From Hyphochytrium catenoides (taxonomy: Eukaryota; Protista; Hyphochytriomycota): a stretch of DNA of 64,000 bases. Positions 1-12,800 of this stretch are shown here, piece by piece (positions within the stretch are counted from its first letter, which is position 1; every line of letters begins with the position of its first letter). The notes below the pieces were generated by a model, which had not been told where the DNA came from, did not search any database, and worked only from the letters and a program-made list of their open reading frames with translations. A program made the position numbers and the translations under genes. The DNA lies in contig FLMG01003321.1 in the NCBI GenBank assembly GCA_900088475.1, forward strand, positions 1 to 64,000, read 5' to 3'.

Positions 1-942
1 AGTCCCCAATACCTATAGTGTCCCTAAGAGCTAAGAGGTGCTTGTTGGTCCGTCTGTCCTCCGACCTAAAGTCGCTTTGCTCGTCGCCATGCCGAGATGT
101 ATTGCCGGCAATGATCGAGTCGACTTGCCACGTCCCCTAGTAGAAGATTTTTGCTTCTCATTATCGTTCATAGAAAGATTAGTCAAGAGTGCGTCTCTCT
201 CTCTCTCTCTCTCCTGTTTCTCTTCTGTTTTCCCCCTCTCCCTTTCTGTCTCATTCTTTCTCTGTCTCCCCTCCCCTTCTCTCTGTCCGCACCTTCCTCC
301 CTCTGTCTCTCCTCTCCCACTCTGTCTCTCCACTTAAACACCCCTTCCATCATCATTGATTGGGAGATACAGTTTGAAAAACAGCCGCTCGCCATTTATG
401 GAATACTTCCACATAAATACCTTCTCTATACAGAATAATACTCATTTGTATCTACGATTTGAGGATCGAAGCGGCACTTTCTAGGCAAGCAGGAAGAAAA
501 AAGAGAGAGAGAGAGATTTGGAGAGAGAGAGAGACGGACAGGACACAAAGATTCAACCAAGCTGTGCTGGTGGGCAGGATAGAGACAAGAGACATCTCTG
601 AGAGATTTCTCTCCTTCCCATTCCCAGGCCCTGGCGTCTCTCTTCTTCCTCCCCGAGCTTCTAAGTCCGCCCTCTCGTCCCGTAGCGGCACGCCTGGCGC
701 CTGGACAACATCAACTGACACTCTTGGCGCTCTGTTGAACGTCCCTCGTCCTCCTCTTCTCTCAACGGTTCCTGAAGATGCTATAGCTCATTTCGATCTT
801 CTGAGCGCGCTACCTCTTCGTTTCTTTACTGTCTCTCCAAATACCTGGCGCGTAATAGCGGCCAACCATGGGCCAGTGAGGGTCTCCTGCTTGTTGAGTC
901 CATTGATGTGAGCTTTACGACAGCGTAGAGAGCTAACCAGTC

Positions 943-3900
943 ATGAGAACCAGAAGAGCAACTAAGAATGCCCAGAACGGAAAGGCAGCCAATGGGCAGA
1001 CCTCACCCAGAATGGAGCTTGTCGAGAGACAGTCCTGTAAGTCTCTCTTTCTCTCTGTTCCAGTCTCACGCTTTCCCATGGTCTCTCCTTTTGGCGCTGT
1101 GGATCCTCTCTCGCTCTTAGAGACGGTCAAGTAGTAGTTAGAGCACATTATCACGTCAGGATTGCAGCTTTTGCCTGTTTGACCTTCCCTTCAACATCTC
1201 CCGCTCTTCTCCTCCTGTACCATCTTTCAACTCTGGGACTCATGCTCTCTCCCGCCTCTTCAGCTCGTCAACAGCTTGAGCAACCTGGCCCTAGCTCTCA
1301 TCACGAAGACCAGCGACGATCAAAGGAAGTAAATGACGGGCAGCATCTCTTCCGCGCCAATGATAACCCCACACTGAGAGACGGACTCCTCTTTCCAGAG
1401 AAACCTCGACAGCTATTTTTTCTAACATTGACAATGGCTACCCTTGCCTACATAGCTTTCCACCATCATTCGGAGGTAAGAGGAAGCCAATCCTCTCTTG
1501 GTGGGGATCGAGCTACTCTATGCATAGCCTTTCTTGCTCTGCAGGTCTAGCCTCTGTCCCGCGGTTTACTGCTCTTCAGTACTTCTGGCTCCAGCCTGCT
1601 CGTCTTCTCTCTCTCTTGTTGTCCTAACTTTCCCTGCTCCTCTGCGATCGGTGGCGGATCCTACGCAGGACGATAACACTAATATCCGGTCAGCGGTCTG
1701 GTCTTCCAGCCTTACTTTTCTGATGTACTGCTTCCTGCAGATCAAAGATGGACTCTTGGTGAGCGTTCGAAGCTCTGTATCTCCCTTGCATGCCCTTCTG
1801 CTTTGGCTTTCACCCTTCTATCACGGCGCACAAGCCGCTATGCTGCATTGTAACACATCACCTGTCTTCTATAAGCAGAGATTGCGCCTATCCTCTTCCA
1901 TTGGCCTAGTTTAGCTGATCTTTCAAGGGTCTTCAAATCCTATCATAACTTCGCTCGCAGTCAACGGATTCTTCGTTCTCCTAAATCTGATTCTTTTTCC
2001 TCTTTCCCAACCATCTGCCATCACTTCTCCTATCTAGATCCGCCCCCATCCTGGTCTATGGCGAGTGGTGCACGGTGTAGGCCTTCTCTATCTTCTAGTA
2101 TTATCGTTCTTGGCTGTGCAGAACCTGGAGTCCGCACGGCGAACAATAAGAGTCTTCTTTCCTGAGGTTGGACATCGAACCACTGCACCCAAGATGGAAC
2201 AGCTAGACTGTACGCTTAATGCGAAGGTAACTTTTGTTATGAGGGCCTGGGTTCCTAGCATAGTGTGCCACTTAGAACTTAGTATCAGGGTCCGATCAAG
2301 CAATCGTTTCTCTACTAGTAAAGCTTCTTGAACTTCTCCCACTCAATTACTTCTGGCCATATCTTGCTTTAAGTGCCAATTACTTCTGGCCATATCTTGC
2401 TTCAGGTGCCGCTAAGCTATAGTACATGGATTCCTTACCTCTGACGCTCACTCCCATACTGTTGGACCTTCCAATTGCATGTGAACACTCTTTTCTTCCA
2501 TCGGCAGACCCTCCATCGTGGTGTTAGGAGTATCTGGTTTCTAGCTCACGTGGCAGGATGGTGGGGAAAGATGTGTATGTTTCGAGATTGGCGCTTCTGC
2601 TGGGTGCTTTCCATCGCGTTTGAGGTCGTGGAGGCATCGCTACAATTCGTCATTCCAGATTTCAAAGAGTGTTGGTGAGCCGTCCTCACCTTCTCATGCC
2701 GTCTTTTTAGGCCATGCGATACGTCTTGGTTCTTTTTCCGTCAGTCTTCTTCTATCTTCGATACTTCGCAGCCCTGTCTGCTTCGTCTAAGAGCCTTGCA
2801 GGGCTATGCTGTGCTAATACGAGTCGATTTCTTTGGCTGGGGTGGCCTAGCCAAAGTCCTCTGTCTTCTTGCCTACGATTGCCTTGTAATGTTTGCAAAT
2901 CATTTTATCTTTGGGCCCGCCTCTCATCCCTTTCTATACTCAATCAAATCGCTGCAGGTGGGACTCTGTCTTCATGGATATCATTGGAGCTAACTTCATT
3001 GGCATGTGCTTTGGACGCCTCACTCTGTGGTACCTAGAGACTGTAAAATATGATTGGTCTGGTAGGAGGAAGATGAGCACCATCAGGAGGACTCTCTGGC
3101 AGTTCGTTCCTTTCTCATGGTCAAAGTACCATTGGGAAGTCTTCTCCTCTTTTTCGAGGTTCATACAAGTATGTATGCGAGAGGTGATGGGCTGGGGAGA
3201 CGAGTTACTAGGGAAAGGAAGATGTCGAAGGGCTTCTAAGAGAGACAATGCTGTCGAAGTGGGCGCGGTTGCGCGTTGACTTCCGGGGTACTGGTAGTGG
3301 TAGGAGAACCGGAGAAGCACAGGAACTCAGGAGCAGCCTCATAACTCGTATCTTGTACTCTCGCCTATCTGACGATCCCTCTACCTTCCTTCGCTTTATT
3401 GTCCTGTTAGGTACTCTTCATGCTTGTGGCATGCCTGATAGTGGAGCTCAACGCCTTCTTCTTGCTTTTCACGCTGGACATCCCTAAAGAGAGCCATTTG
3501 AATAAGTACAGGCTCTGCATACTCTTCATGTTAGCACTGCCCGCCACCGCAGAGGTGAGTTAAGGGGAGAAGCAGTATCCTATCAAACAAAAACTCCAGT
3601 ATAAAGTAAGGAATAGTAATAAGGGACAACCGTTACTGGGCACAGGCAGTCGCAGGTGAAGGGGAAAGCGAAGGCAGAGACCATACAAGATAGGGAGGAG
3701 GGCAGGATTTTCTGCACAGTATAAAGGGAGAAAGGAGAGAGCTGCGCATGCAGATGAAAGGCTAGGAAAGGGCTCCCTGGCCGGTTGACACTCACCATTT
3801 GGGTCTTTCGCTCCCTGTCGTTGAACTCTTTCCTTCCTCTCGCTCTACTACTCTGCTAGTTCTACGAATTCGTAGCCAACCCATACTGCGATCGGCTGGG

Positions 3901-4168
3901 CCAGAACTCATGGCTTTTACTCTCCGTTATCTCCATGGAGGTCTTGGTCTGGGTGAAGTTTCTCAATTTTGAGCACATTCGACCCATTCCATGGGATGTC
4001 GCTGTACCATGGAGTCTCTTCCTCTTATTGTTCTCTCTTTGGATCATCCTATACTTCTCCCCTCAGCTAGTAGACAGGAGGAAAGCGGCAGTGAGCTCCC
4101 TTCTAAACTTCGTTTTCTGGCTTTCCTTCGTCCCTTTGCTTTGGCTCATGAAGCAATGGGTTTATTAG
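943..4168 (+). CDS. PTDSS: Phosphatidylserine synthase (base-exchange, PSS/PTDSS family), about 8 exons
   Basis: Spliced exons give family motifs IRPHPGLWRVVHG, FLAHVAGWWGK, WVLSIAFEVVE, FKECWWDSVFMDIIGANFIGM, QFVPFSWSKYHW and ELNAFFL; GT-AG introns keep the frame; stop after KQWVY at 4168. Confidence 0.92.
2344..2410. repeat. Direct tandem duplication of about 33 bp inside a PSS intron
   Basis: caattacttctggccatatcttgctttaagtgc followed by caattacttctggccatatcttgcttcaggtgc. Confidence 0.9.
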
Positions 4169-4405
4169 TAAGCGCTTGAGAGCGAGTAATAACGCTAAGG
4201 GAGGTACATGGCTGCTCTGTTTATAATAACTTATCTCACTCTCCTAAGAAGGCCATTCCCCCCATGATGTAACACCACCATCTGTCGACGTTCCCCGTTG
4301 TCCCATGCAGTCGTACACCAAGCTTCTGCTCCCAGTACGGGCTTTCGCTGGAGTCAGGGTCTTCGTCTTGGCTTTCAATTTGTTTCTCTGATCTCTTCTC
4401 TCCTA

Positions 4406-6628
4406 CTACTGGGTGGCTGCGAAGACGTACGGCTTAGCGTTCCTGAAGGTGGATAGGTCCTTGAGCGACTGCTTGTGGAACTTGTACTCCATCAGAGTGT
4501 TAGGATCCAGCTGCAAGATCTCTTTCAATCTCAACCTGCGAGACAGCGTGAATTGAGGTTCAGTGAGAAGGAATGAGAAATAAGACTAGCGACAGATGAG
4601 ATCTAAGGTTTATCGATGTCAGAATCTATGGTAAGAGATAGCCTTTCGATGCGCAAAACCATGAATTGCACCGCAGTAAGGGCTCGAACTCTTCAGAGCA
4701 CTTCGAAGAGGAGAGAAGGGACGGACCCCGGCCAAAAGAAGGCGGAACGGGTGAAAGGTGAATATGGGCCAGCAGGGCTGGACCATGCTTGGCAGATAAG
4801 ACTGAAGACGACACGCGCCCATACCCAATAAGGAAGCGAGTTTCCTCGTTGCTGTTGTCTGCATTCCAGACAGAAATCAGATCTTCCTTTGACCGAATAG
4901 CTAACGCGATGCCGACCACATCTGGCTCCTCAAAGACCTCGCCAATAGCGGCAATAAGCTGTGTGATCAAAAGAGTGTACATGATCAGAAGAAGGTAACA
5001 CGGACTGTAAAGAACTGACAAAGGCGGAAGCAGTGCCACTTGGACACGAAGATAATGCGGTTGCTCTACGGGCAGCACTGAGGTATATGCCTGCTCCGAA
5101 CTTCCACTGCAGATTACACTCGCAAATTAAAGCAGATGAAGGCTAATGTCTTGGCCAAGGGGCCTGCCTTAGCTAAGACAAGACGACAATGTGCAAAAGA
5201 AGGCGATGGGATGCAGACTTTAGAGGAACCAAACAAGAGAATACCAGGAACAATGGCCGAAAAAAGGCTGTAAAGTCTCTTTACCAAGTCCTGCCACATC
5301 TTCCCCAAAACTCCGTGCTTCTTCTTAATCTTCAGGATCCAGCAGCCGCCTTCAGGATGCTCCTAGCGGAGGGAACACGAAGAAGAATAAGGTTCGCACA
5401 CATTGGCCGTGGTAAGGGAAAGGCAAACTGCCCCGATGCATCTAACTGTTTCTCAGAGTGAGAGCAGAGAGGCGAAAGAAAATGAACGAGACCCAACAAG
5501 ACAGAAGGGAAAGCACGAAGACTTGGAAGAGCCCAGGATTAAAGCTGAAAGCTATCACTGACGCCCCAACTCACCTCCCACATCGGTTTGTGTCCTTCCC
5601 TGAACATATAGAGGTTGGTGTCTTTCTGCAGTTGAGAGGGCCGCTTGAGATGGACGTAGTAGCGCCAGAAGCTCTCTACCGTGTTGAAGGTGGGGAATCG
5701 ATGCAATTGAGCCTGAAAATCACTAGAAGAACAGGCAGAAGGAAGCGGATCAGAGGAGTGGAGCGATAGCAAGGACTGCAAATGAAGATTGAGGATTATT
5801 GAGAGTTTACGAAGAAGCCACGGGAGCCTTAGCAAAGAGAAGGAAATACGTGAGCTGTTCTTCCATGAAGTATAACCGTTTAAAGAGGCGGGATACGGAC
5901 AGAGATGGACCAGGGAAGAGACCGTGACAGAGACACAGTGGGAGAGAGCGGGAAGAAGAGAGATGCAGAGGAGATGTGCTCCTTAACTAGTGTCAGCAAT
6001 CATTTAGGGCATCCTCTATCACGGAAAGCTAGAAAGCAGTTTTATGGCGAAAGAGAAAGAAGAACAGTGAGAGAAGAGAGAATGAAGAAATGTGGTAACG
6101 ACATGACGACATGGAAGAGAGAGAGAGCGCGAAAGAGAGAGAAGTCCTGAGACTTTCCATAGCTCTGGGTTGGAGACTTACGCTGCATCATGTGCCTTGT
6201 ACTTCTTATCGTACCAGAAGCACCATGCCGACTGCAGAGGATGTTCTCCTTCCGGGAAGGAGGGAGATGGGGCCGCAGCGGCAGGAGCGCTCCATGCCTG
6301 CTTAGAACGGCTAGGAGAGGACTCACTGGGCTTTTCTTCCTCTTCACCGTGTTCGTGCTCCGGCTCCGAGACAGCATTCTCGACGGACTTCAACTCTACC
6401 AGTTCACAAAGCGAAGAGACGAGACGAGACGAGACACAAAAGGTCAAAGAAAGTTCATGACAGCGCGGTAACTTTCTAGTTCAGATGCGAAAGCAGAGCG
6501 TCGTGAGGACAATGAGGAGAGACTGTACTGACGACGAAACCTCATGAAGAAACTACTCCCAGAAGCCAAGCGTTGTCATTACTCGCACCTTCTTCATTGC
6601 TGTCTGCCATTGTGATCGCGTTGGCCAT
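4406..6628 (-). CDS. EIF4E: eIF4E-family cap-binding protein (class II/4EHP-nCBP-like), multi-exon
   Basis: HPLQSAWCFWY, FNTVESFWRYY, FREGHKPMWE, GGCWILKI, IAAIGEVF and IRSKEDLISVWN motifs in successive exons; ends NAKPYVFAATQ-stop. Start ATG at 6628 (or 6610) is inferred from a donor site. Confidence 0.9.
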
Positions 6629-6909
6629 GGGAAGGGCCGATGCTACGATTATGTGTCTGGGCTCTTCTTCTCTGCCCTCTCAGCCAGTTGGGACAGAAAA
6701 TGTGCTCAAAGTGAAGACTTTTGAGGCGCCTGCGGTACCTGCTCAGACTCTGTATGGAACCATAAAGAGAGCAACGAGAGAGGAGAGACAAGAGAGAGAC
6801 GCAAGAGTTGGAAGAAGCTTGAGATTCTTCATGAAGGGCATCAGGAGAGACGGCGATTTCTAAGAAATATTTGAGAAAGAGGGCTCAAGAGTGGAAAAGG
6901 GGAAGGAAG

Positions 6910-7010
6910 AGTGAGAGAGAGAGAGCCTGCGAGACAGAGAGAGCGCGATAGAATTTGTTATATGTATAAAGAGAGAGAGAGAGCCGGAGAGATGCGAGAG
7001 AGAGAGATCA
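6910..7010. repeat. Imperfect (GA)n microsatellite in the eIF4E / EF-Ts divergent intergenic region
   Basis: Runs of gagagaga are visible; similar GA/CT tracts occur at about 194-330, 500-535 and 35670-35780. Confidence 0.75.
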
Positions 7011-7426
7011 GAAGACACTGATTTTCCTATCATTCACTAAGAAGAGCTCCACGCCATCAAACCCTCTCCTACGGCCACCACAGCCGTGACGCATCACCAA
7101 GGGTATTATCTATACAAGTTGGATCAGAACCCTGGTGGTACATATCCGCCTCACATCAGGTATCTATGAACCGGTTACCCTTTGTCCTCCGGAATAGCGG
7201 TTCTTATATTCCCGACCGGAATGACCGATGGTGATGGCTGGCTTGCTTGGGCGCCAATGACCAACTGCAAATCTCAACAAAAGTCTCTGCGAGATCTCTG
7301 TCTGTCTGCAGATCTTCGAGGAGCATTAGCACTTTCAGGGGCTATTTAGAGCTTTGTAACCTTCGGAGGACCGCCGTACTTGGGCGATATTAACAGGGGG
7401 GTGCATATTGGGCCACTTACTTTGCG

Positions 7427-8916
7427 ATGAAAGCAGCAAAGGTTCTTATCAGGTCGTCGACCGCGTGGAGTCGGGTCGGGAGAGTTGGGTTAGCTAGGCC
7501 TTGCCCTGCGGTTTTGGGAGTCAGAGCCTTTGCCTCGTACAGCCCTCCAATTGAGCTCATCAAACAGCTCCGGGCAGCCTCCGGTGCGCCAGTTGGAGAC
7601 TGTAAGAAGGCATTAGCTGCTGACGATGTCCAGGGTGATATGCAGAAAGCAATGGAGTGGCTGAGGAAGAAAGGCATGGCCCAGGCCACCAAGAAGGCTG
7701 GGAGAACTATTTCTGAGGGCTTAATCGGCATCAGCCAGGACGCACAGAATGCTGTTATCGTAGAGGTAAAGTCTTCAGTTTTCTAACGCCCTCCACCCTC
7801 AACCTTCTGTTGCCCCTATTCTGTCGCGGTGAATCACTATTCTTGACCTTTCTCTCCCCTATATATCCTCCTGCTGTCTTTGGACTGATGGAGTCCGCGC
7901 TATCCTTCAAATGGTCTCAGCTTTTAGCTCACCAACTCTTGTGCCTCTACTGGCCCTAATACTTTCTCGTTATGAGTGCTACCTTTCTGCCTTTATATGT
8001 TTGGCAAGTTGCTGGTCTGACTGTTCTTACTTCTCAGCTAAACAGTGAGACCGACTTTGTCGCGCGGAACGAGATCTTCCAAAGCTTATTGCGCCGTCTG
8101 ACTGCGAAAGCTCTGGAGATTGCCACCCCGGGCCACAACGTAGAACTTGAGAGCTTTTTGAAGGAGAAGATGGAGGCGCAGAATGGTGGGAGCGTCAGTG
8201 TTGAGGATGCTGTTGCAGAGGCAGTCGGAGTCATTGGAGAAAATTTATCCCTAAGAAGAGTCTCTCGGCTTTCTGTGCCTGCCGAGACAGGGCTCTTATG
8301 TAGGTGAGTTTTTCAGAGACGTGATAGAGCTGTTCTACGCCTTCTACCAGCTGCTTTGAGCTGGCCTCCTGTCTGCGATAGTATCGCGTACATTAGCCTA
8401 AAGCGTTTTTGTGGCTCTGTCTCTGGCGGCTTTCCTTCTCTCTTGCTCCATAGTTACACCCACCAAGCTGTCGTTCCCGGAATGGGCACCTCTGGTGCTA
8501 TCGTTGCGCTAAACTGTGAGAGCCTGAAGGAAGGACAAGAAAAGCGGGATGCTCTTACCACCCTCGGAAAGCGGCTGGCAATGCACATCGTCGCTGCGCA
8601 GCCGCAGTACTTAGACCCGGAGTCTATTCCGAGGGACGTCCTGGATAGAGAGAAGGAGTTTCTCTCATCTCAGGCGGCTACTTCAGGAAAACCAGCTCAC
8701 CTCATTAGCAAAATTATAGAAGGAAGGCTCAACAAATTCTACGGCGAAGTGACTCTTCTCCACCAGCCGCATATGGTTGAAGAAGGAAACCCCAAGGTTC
8801 AAGCAGTTCTAAAAGCAGCAGAGAAGAAGCTTGGAGGGAAGGTGGAGGTGACGGGCTTTGTGAGATACAGAGTAGGAGAGACTTCAGTGATTGAAAAGGA
8901 GAAAGAAGCTGCATAG
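7427..8916 (+). CDS. TSFM: Mitochondrial translation elongation factor Ts, 3 exons
   Basis: Arg-rich presequence; UBA-like IKQLRAASGAPVGDCKKAL; LNSETDFVARN signature; LAMHIVAAQP; GKPAHLISKIIEGRLNKFY; FVRYRVGE. Confidence 0.95.
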
Positions 8917-9877
8917 GACAGCCCGGCGAGCACCTTCTAGTCATTACCGGCTCTCCTTTACTGACCCTGTACCTACCAACTCCCGCTTCTCCTGGCGGCT
9001 CATCGCTCCTTTCCTATTCTCTTAATCAAGCTTGGACTTTCTCTGAAATGTCTCATATACCTCTTGAACCGCTCTGAGGATAGGGTCCACAATTCTCTAT
9101 TAATGGTACTTTGAACGATTACTTGGACCCAATGGGTCCGCAGATATGGACACGGCATGACTGAGCGACTAGGCAGTCTCATGTCTAATATAAAAACAGC
9201 AAAGTACTCAGCATGACTCGTACCAGTACCTTGTACATGCTGTCATTCTCATACCGCGCTGTCACCTCTCTCTCTTACTAGATCACTGTATCTCGTTAGC
9301 TCTCGTACCCTGCGCTCTCCTTCTCTCTTAGCGCCCCAAGAGTGATATCATGCGATGGCAGCTTCTTCCACCTATCCATCTGCTGCTGTAGACGAGGACC
9401 CTGCTGTGACTGAAGAAGAAGCACCTCCTCAAGAAGATCTGTTTCTCTGTCATCTCACTCCCAGGGCATTGTGTGGCCAGTGCTTTCCCAAGACGTTGGA
9501 GAACGAACCTTGTTATGTATATTTCTCATCGTGACCTTCTCCCTTGGAGCTCTAGCTTGCAATACCCTTATACTCATGATTGCCTGCAAAACCTCTGTAT
9601 GGTTGGTGACACAGAGTCACGGCTTCTTTCGAATACTCGCATATAACAATAAGTGTCGGTCGTGTTAAGATTAAGAGGGATCTGAGCCGAAAGAGCATAG
9701 TGGAGCAATATCTTCCTTTCCGACAATAGATAGGAGGTAGTGAAAAACCGACACAGCACTCTGCTGTGTGGTCGTTGTGAAGGTATTGGTGGGAGTAAGG
9801 CTAAGCGGGGATATAGAGTAGACTGAGGAAGGTAAATAGACCCTTTCCGCTGGTCAGTCACAATCATCCAACGGGGT

Positions 9878-12800
9878 TCATGAGAAAGAATCGTCCCCTC
9901 TACCCAGCCTCCTAGCCAGTGTAGGTCGGGGACCCAACGGAGAGCCCTGGTGCAGGTCTGAAGGACGAGCCACAGGGGAGCGCAGGGGCTCTGGAAAGAA
10001 GACCGAAGTGTGAAGGCCCTCTCCACCGTTCGAATGAAGTTCATGATGCTCACTTCTCTGATTGCTTTCCATGCCCACTCGACTCGGCCCGATATAGTCT
10101 ATCCCCAAGGTTGGACACAACTGGGCCATCAAACCATCAAAGGAAGAGTCGAAGCTCACATCTTCCGCGAAGAGAACAAAGTCTTCCAAGGAGACACCGC
10201 ATGCTTCCACTGTGCACAGAGAGGAAAGCAGACACTCATCAGAAACCCGCAAGGGATATTTACAGAAAAAGGATATTTGCAGAAAAGCAAGGAGCAGAAA
10301 ATGGCATCAGCAAGGTCTTCTCCTGAGATGAGCAGAGCGCGAGCGCAGAACATGCGCTTAACGACCTTATAGAAGGTAAGGGTGTACGAGAGGGGATCAG
10401 ATAGCGAAGGAGTGGAACTTGGGGAACACACCACGCTTCCGCGTCCTTGCCTTACCGATCTCATTATCGGGAAACGCCAAGTAAATAGGAATGATGGGCT
10501 TTCCTTTATCCTCTGCAAAAGCCATCTGATCACTTACTAACTCTGTCTTAACACTCTCCCTGGACAAGACAACCAAAAAAGCTGAGCAGAGCAGGATGTT
10601 ATCCTTGGCCCTAATAATCCGCTCCTTCATGTCTGACGTCTCGGTCTGTGAGTCCAGGAAGCAGGAGACGCCAAGGTCGGAAAGAGAGGAGAACAGAAGC
10701 TCCACGAAGTCTAAGTGCTGATCCCCATGTGAGATAAAAACAAAGGACGTAGAAGTTCCTGAAAAAGGTGACGATTCCTCTCCTTCGCCATTAACAGGAC
10801 TGGTAGCAGCGCCAATGCTGAGATGCTTGCTGATAGCAGTACGAAGGCTCGAGGCGCTGCTCGATGTAAGCTCTTTCCTATCGAAACGAGTACGAATGTT
10901 AGCCTACTGAGGCGACCTGCAATCATAGACCAAAAGCTCCACAACCAGCGGATCTAAAAGCGCGAAGAGAACTGCAAAGCAATCCTCTGGGTACATATGC
11001 AATCGGCTTGTACTATAAGAAAAGGATAAACAGAACTGCACTAAGGATCTAATAGCGCATCTTGATTGGCAGGAGGTACTGGATAGAGAAGTCTCTCTAC
11101 CTGAGCACTCTTTGCGTTCTGCTCATCTCAATTTCATCTCGAAGACCGTCCACTAGGAGTCTGACTTGATCCTCGAAGACCCCATCCTCGAGCCCTATCA
11201 TTACAGTGCCGTCGGGGAGCATTGTCCGAGAGGAAATAGCGGAGACGAAGGGGACAATTTGGCGGGTGAAGAGATACACTTGCAGTTCCTCCCCAAGGCT
11301 CCGCGTATCACAGAAGCAGGCCACGACTGGAATGCGGGACCACATGCAAAGGGCAGGTGTTACAAATGAGTTGAAGTATACACTAGAAAGCATAGTAAGG
11401 AATGATAAATATAGGGATCATGCACTTCTTGCAAGGTAAAGGACAGACATAAGGGTGGATAGCAGAAGAAGAAGAACGAGAGCTAAACAGGTTGAGAACG
11501 AAACGTTCAAGCGGTAAGAAGCAACCAGAACAACTTCGTAAGGAGATGTATGTGCAAACATTGATGCTGTTTAGCTGAGACTACTCACTAGGGATTCCCA
11601 TTCTCTTAGCCAGTGCCAGCTCTTCCATACACTGCTCGTTACTAGGTAGATTGTCAGTGATCACGCAAAGAACCACCGAAGTAGTGCTGAGAACAGAATC
11701 AAGATTCTCCTTCCAGTCATTGGCCAACACTGGAACGGCATGTGAAGAAAGAGTGTGAGACGTCCAGCACGTTATGAAGGACTTCTCCAACTCTTCCTGG
11801 AGGCGTTGAACGAACTGTCGATGAGTAGGACAGTGCGTAATGAAGACATCTCGGCTTCCAATCTCACTCTTTATCGCATACTGCAGTTCCGCTACACAGA
11901 AAAAGGAACATATATATGGGAGGCAATGGGAGCGGTAAGCACAAGTAAAGAGTGTCCGCGAAGATAAAGACAGAGGGATTACCCGTCGCGGCGCATTCAA
12001 TAGCAGTCCTGCCTTCTCCGTTCCGTATGTGAACGTTGGCCCCGCTCTTGAGGAGAGAAATGGCTGTCTGCCTGTTGCTCTTCTTAATCGCCACATGTAG
12101 AGCCGTATCTCCACTGATTACAAAGCCTTCATTGATGTCTGCGCCGGCCGAAACGAGAGCAACAAAGATATCGCTGCCGATCTTCTCCACCTGCAAGGAC
12201 GACAAAAGAACCCAAGCACAATACAACATTAAATATTTAGGACAACATAACGGTGCACAAGAGGCAATCGCAAGAGACAGCCACAAAGTACCAAAAAAGT
12301 AGAGCATTGGTCCCTGAAGTCTTACCTCAGCTGCAGAACAGAAGACATTTCTCCCGCAGTAATCCACATGTGTAGGGTTCGCCTTCGCCTCCAGCAGCAT
12401 TCTAACGGCCTGGATATGATTATGCCGGGCTGCCCAGTGTAAGGGCGTACGGCCCAAGCTGTCTACTGCGTCCACCTGTGCACCAAATTCAAGCAAAAGG
12501 CGAACTGCAGATGCTTGCCCACTAATGGCGGCCCAGTGCAGTGGTGTTCTGGATACAAAGAGTGAAAGAGATGAGAGATTATGAGCTGTACGCCAGGACG
12601 GCTTGGATAAGACGTGTCATGAGACAAAACAATGGGCAAAGATGTGGAGAAACAGGCACTTTTGAGACGCTATTGGCTTCAGTGACTAGAAAGCAACATT
12701 TCATCCATCACCCTGCCTCTTCAACACAGGTGTCTGCAGCACTTACCGCTTATAAAAACCCGCCACTCCTTCGCCGAGAACGTCCGGGCTCTCACCAGCG

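Noticed and set aside
31-911. Several ORFs on both strands at the left end
   Set aside because: Mostly translations of GA/CT microsatellite and low-complexity sequence; no recognisable domain or convincing splice model.
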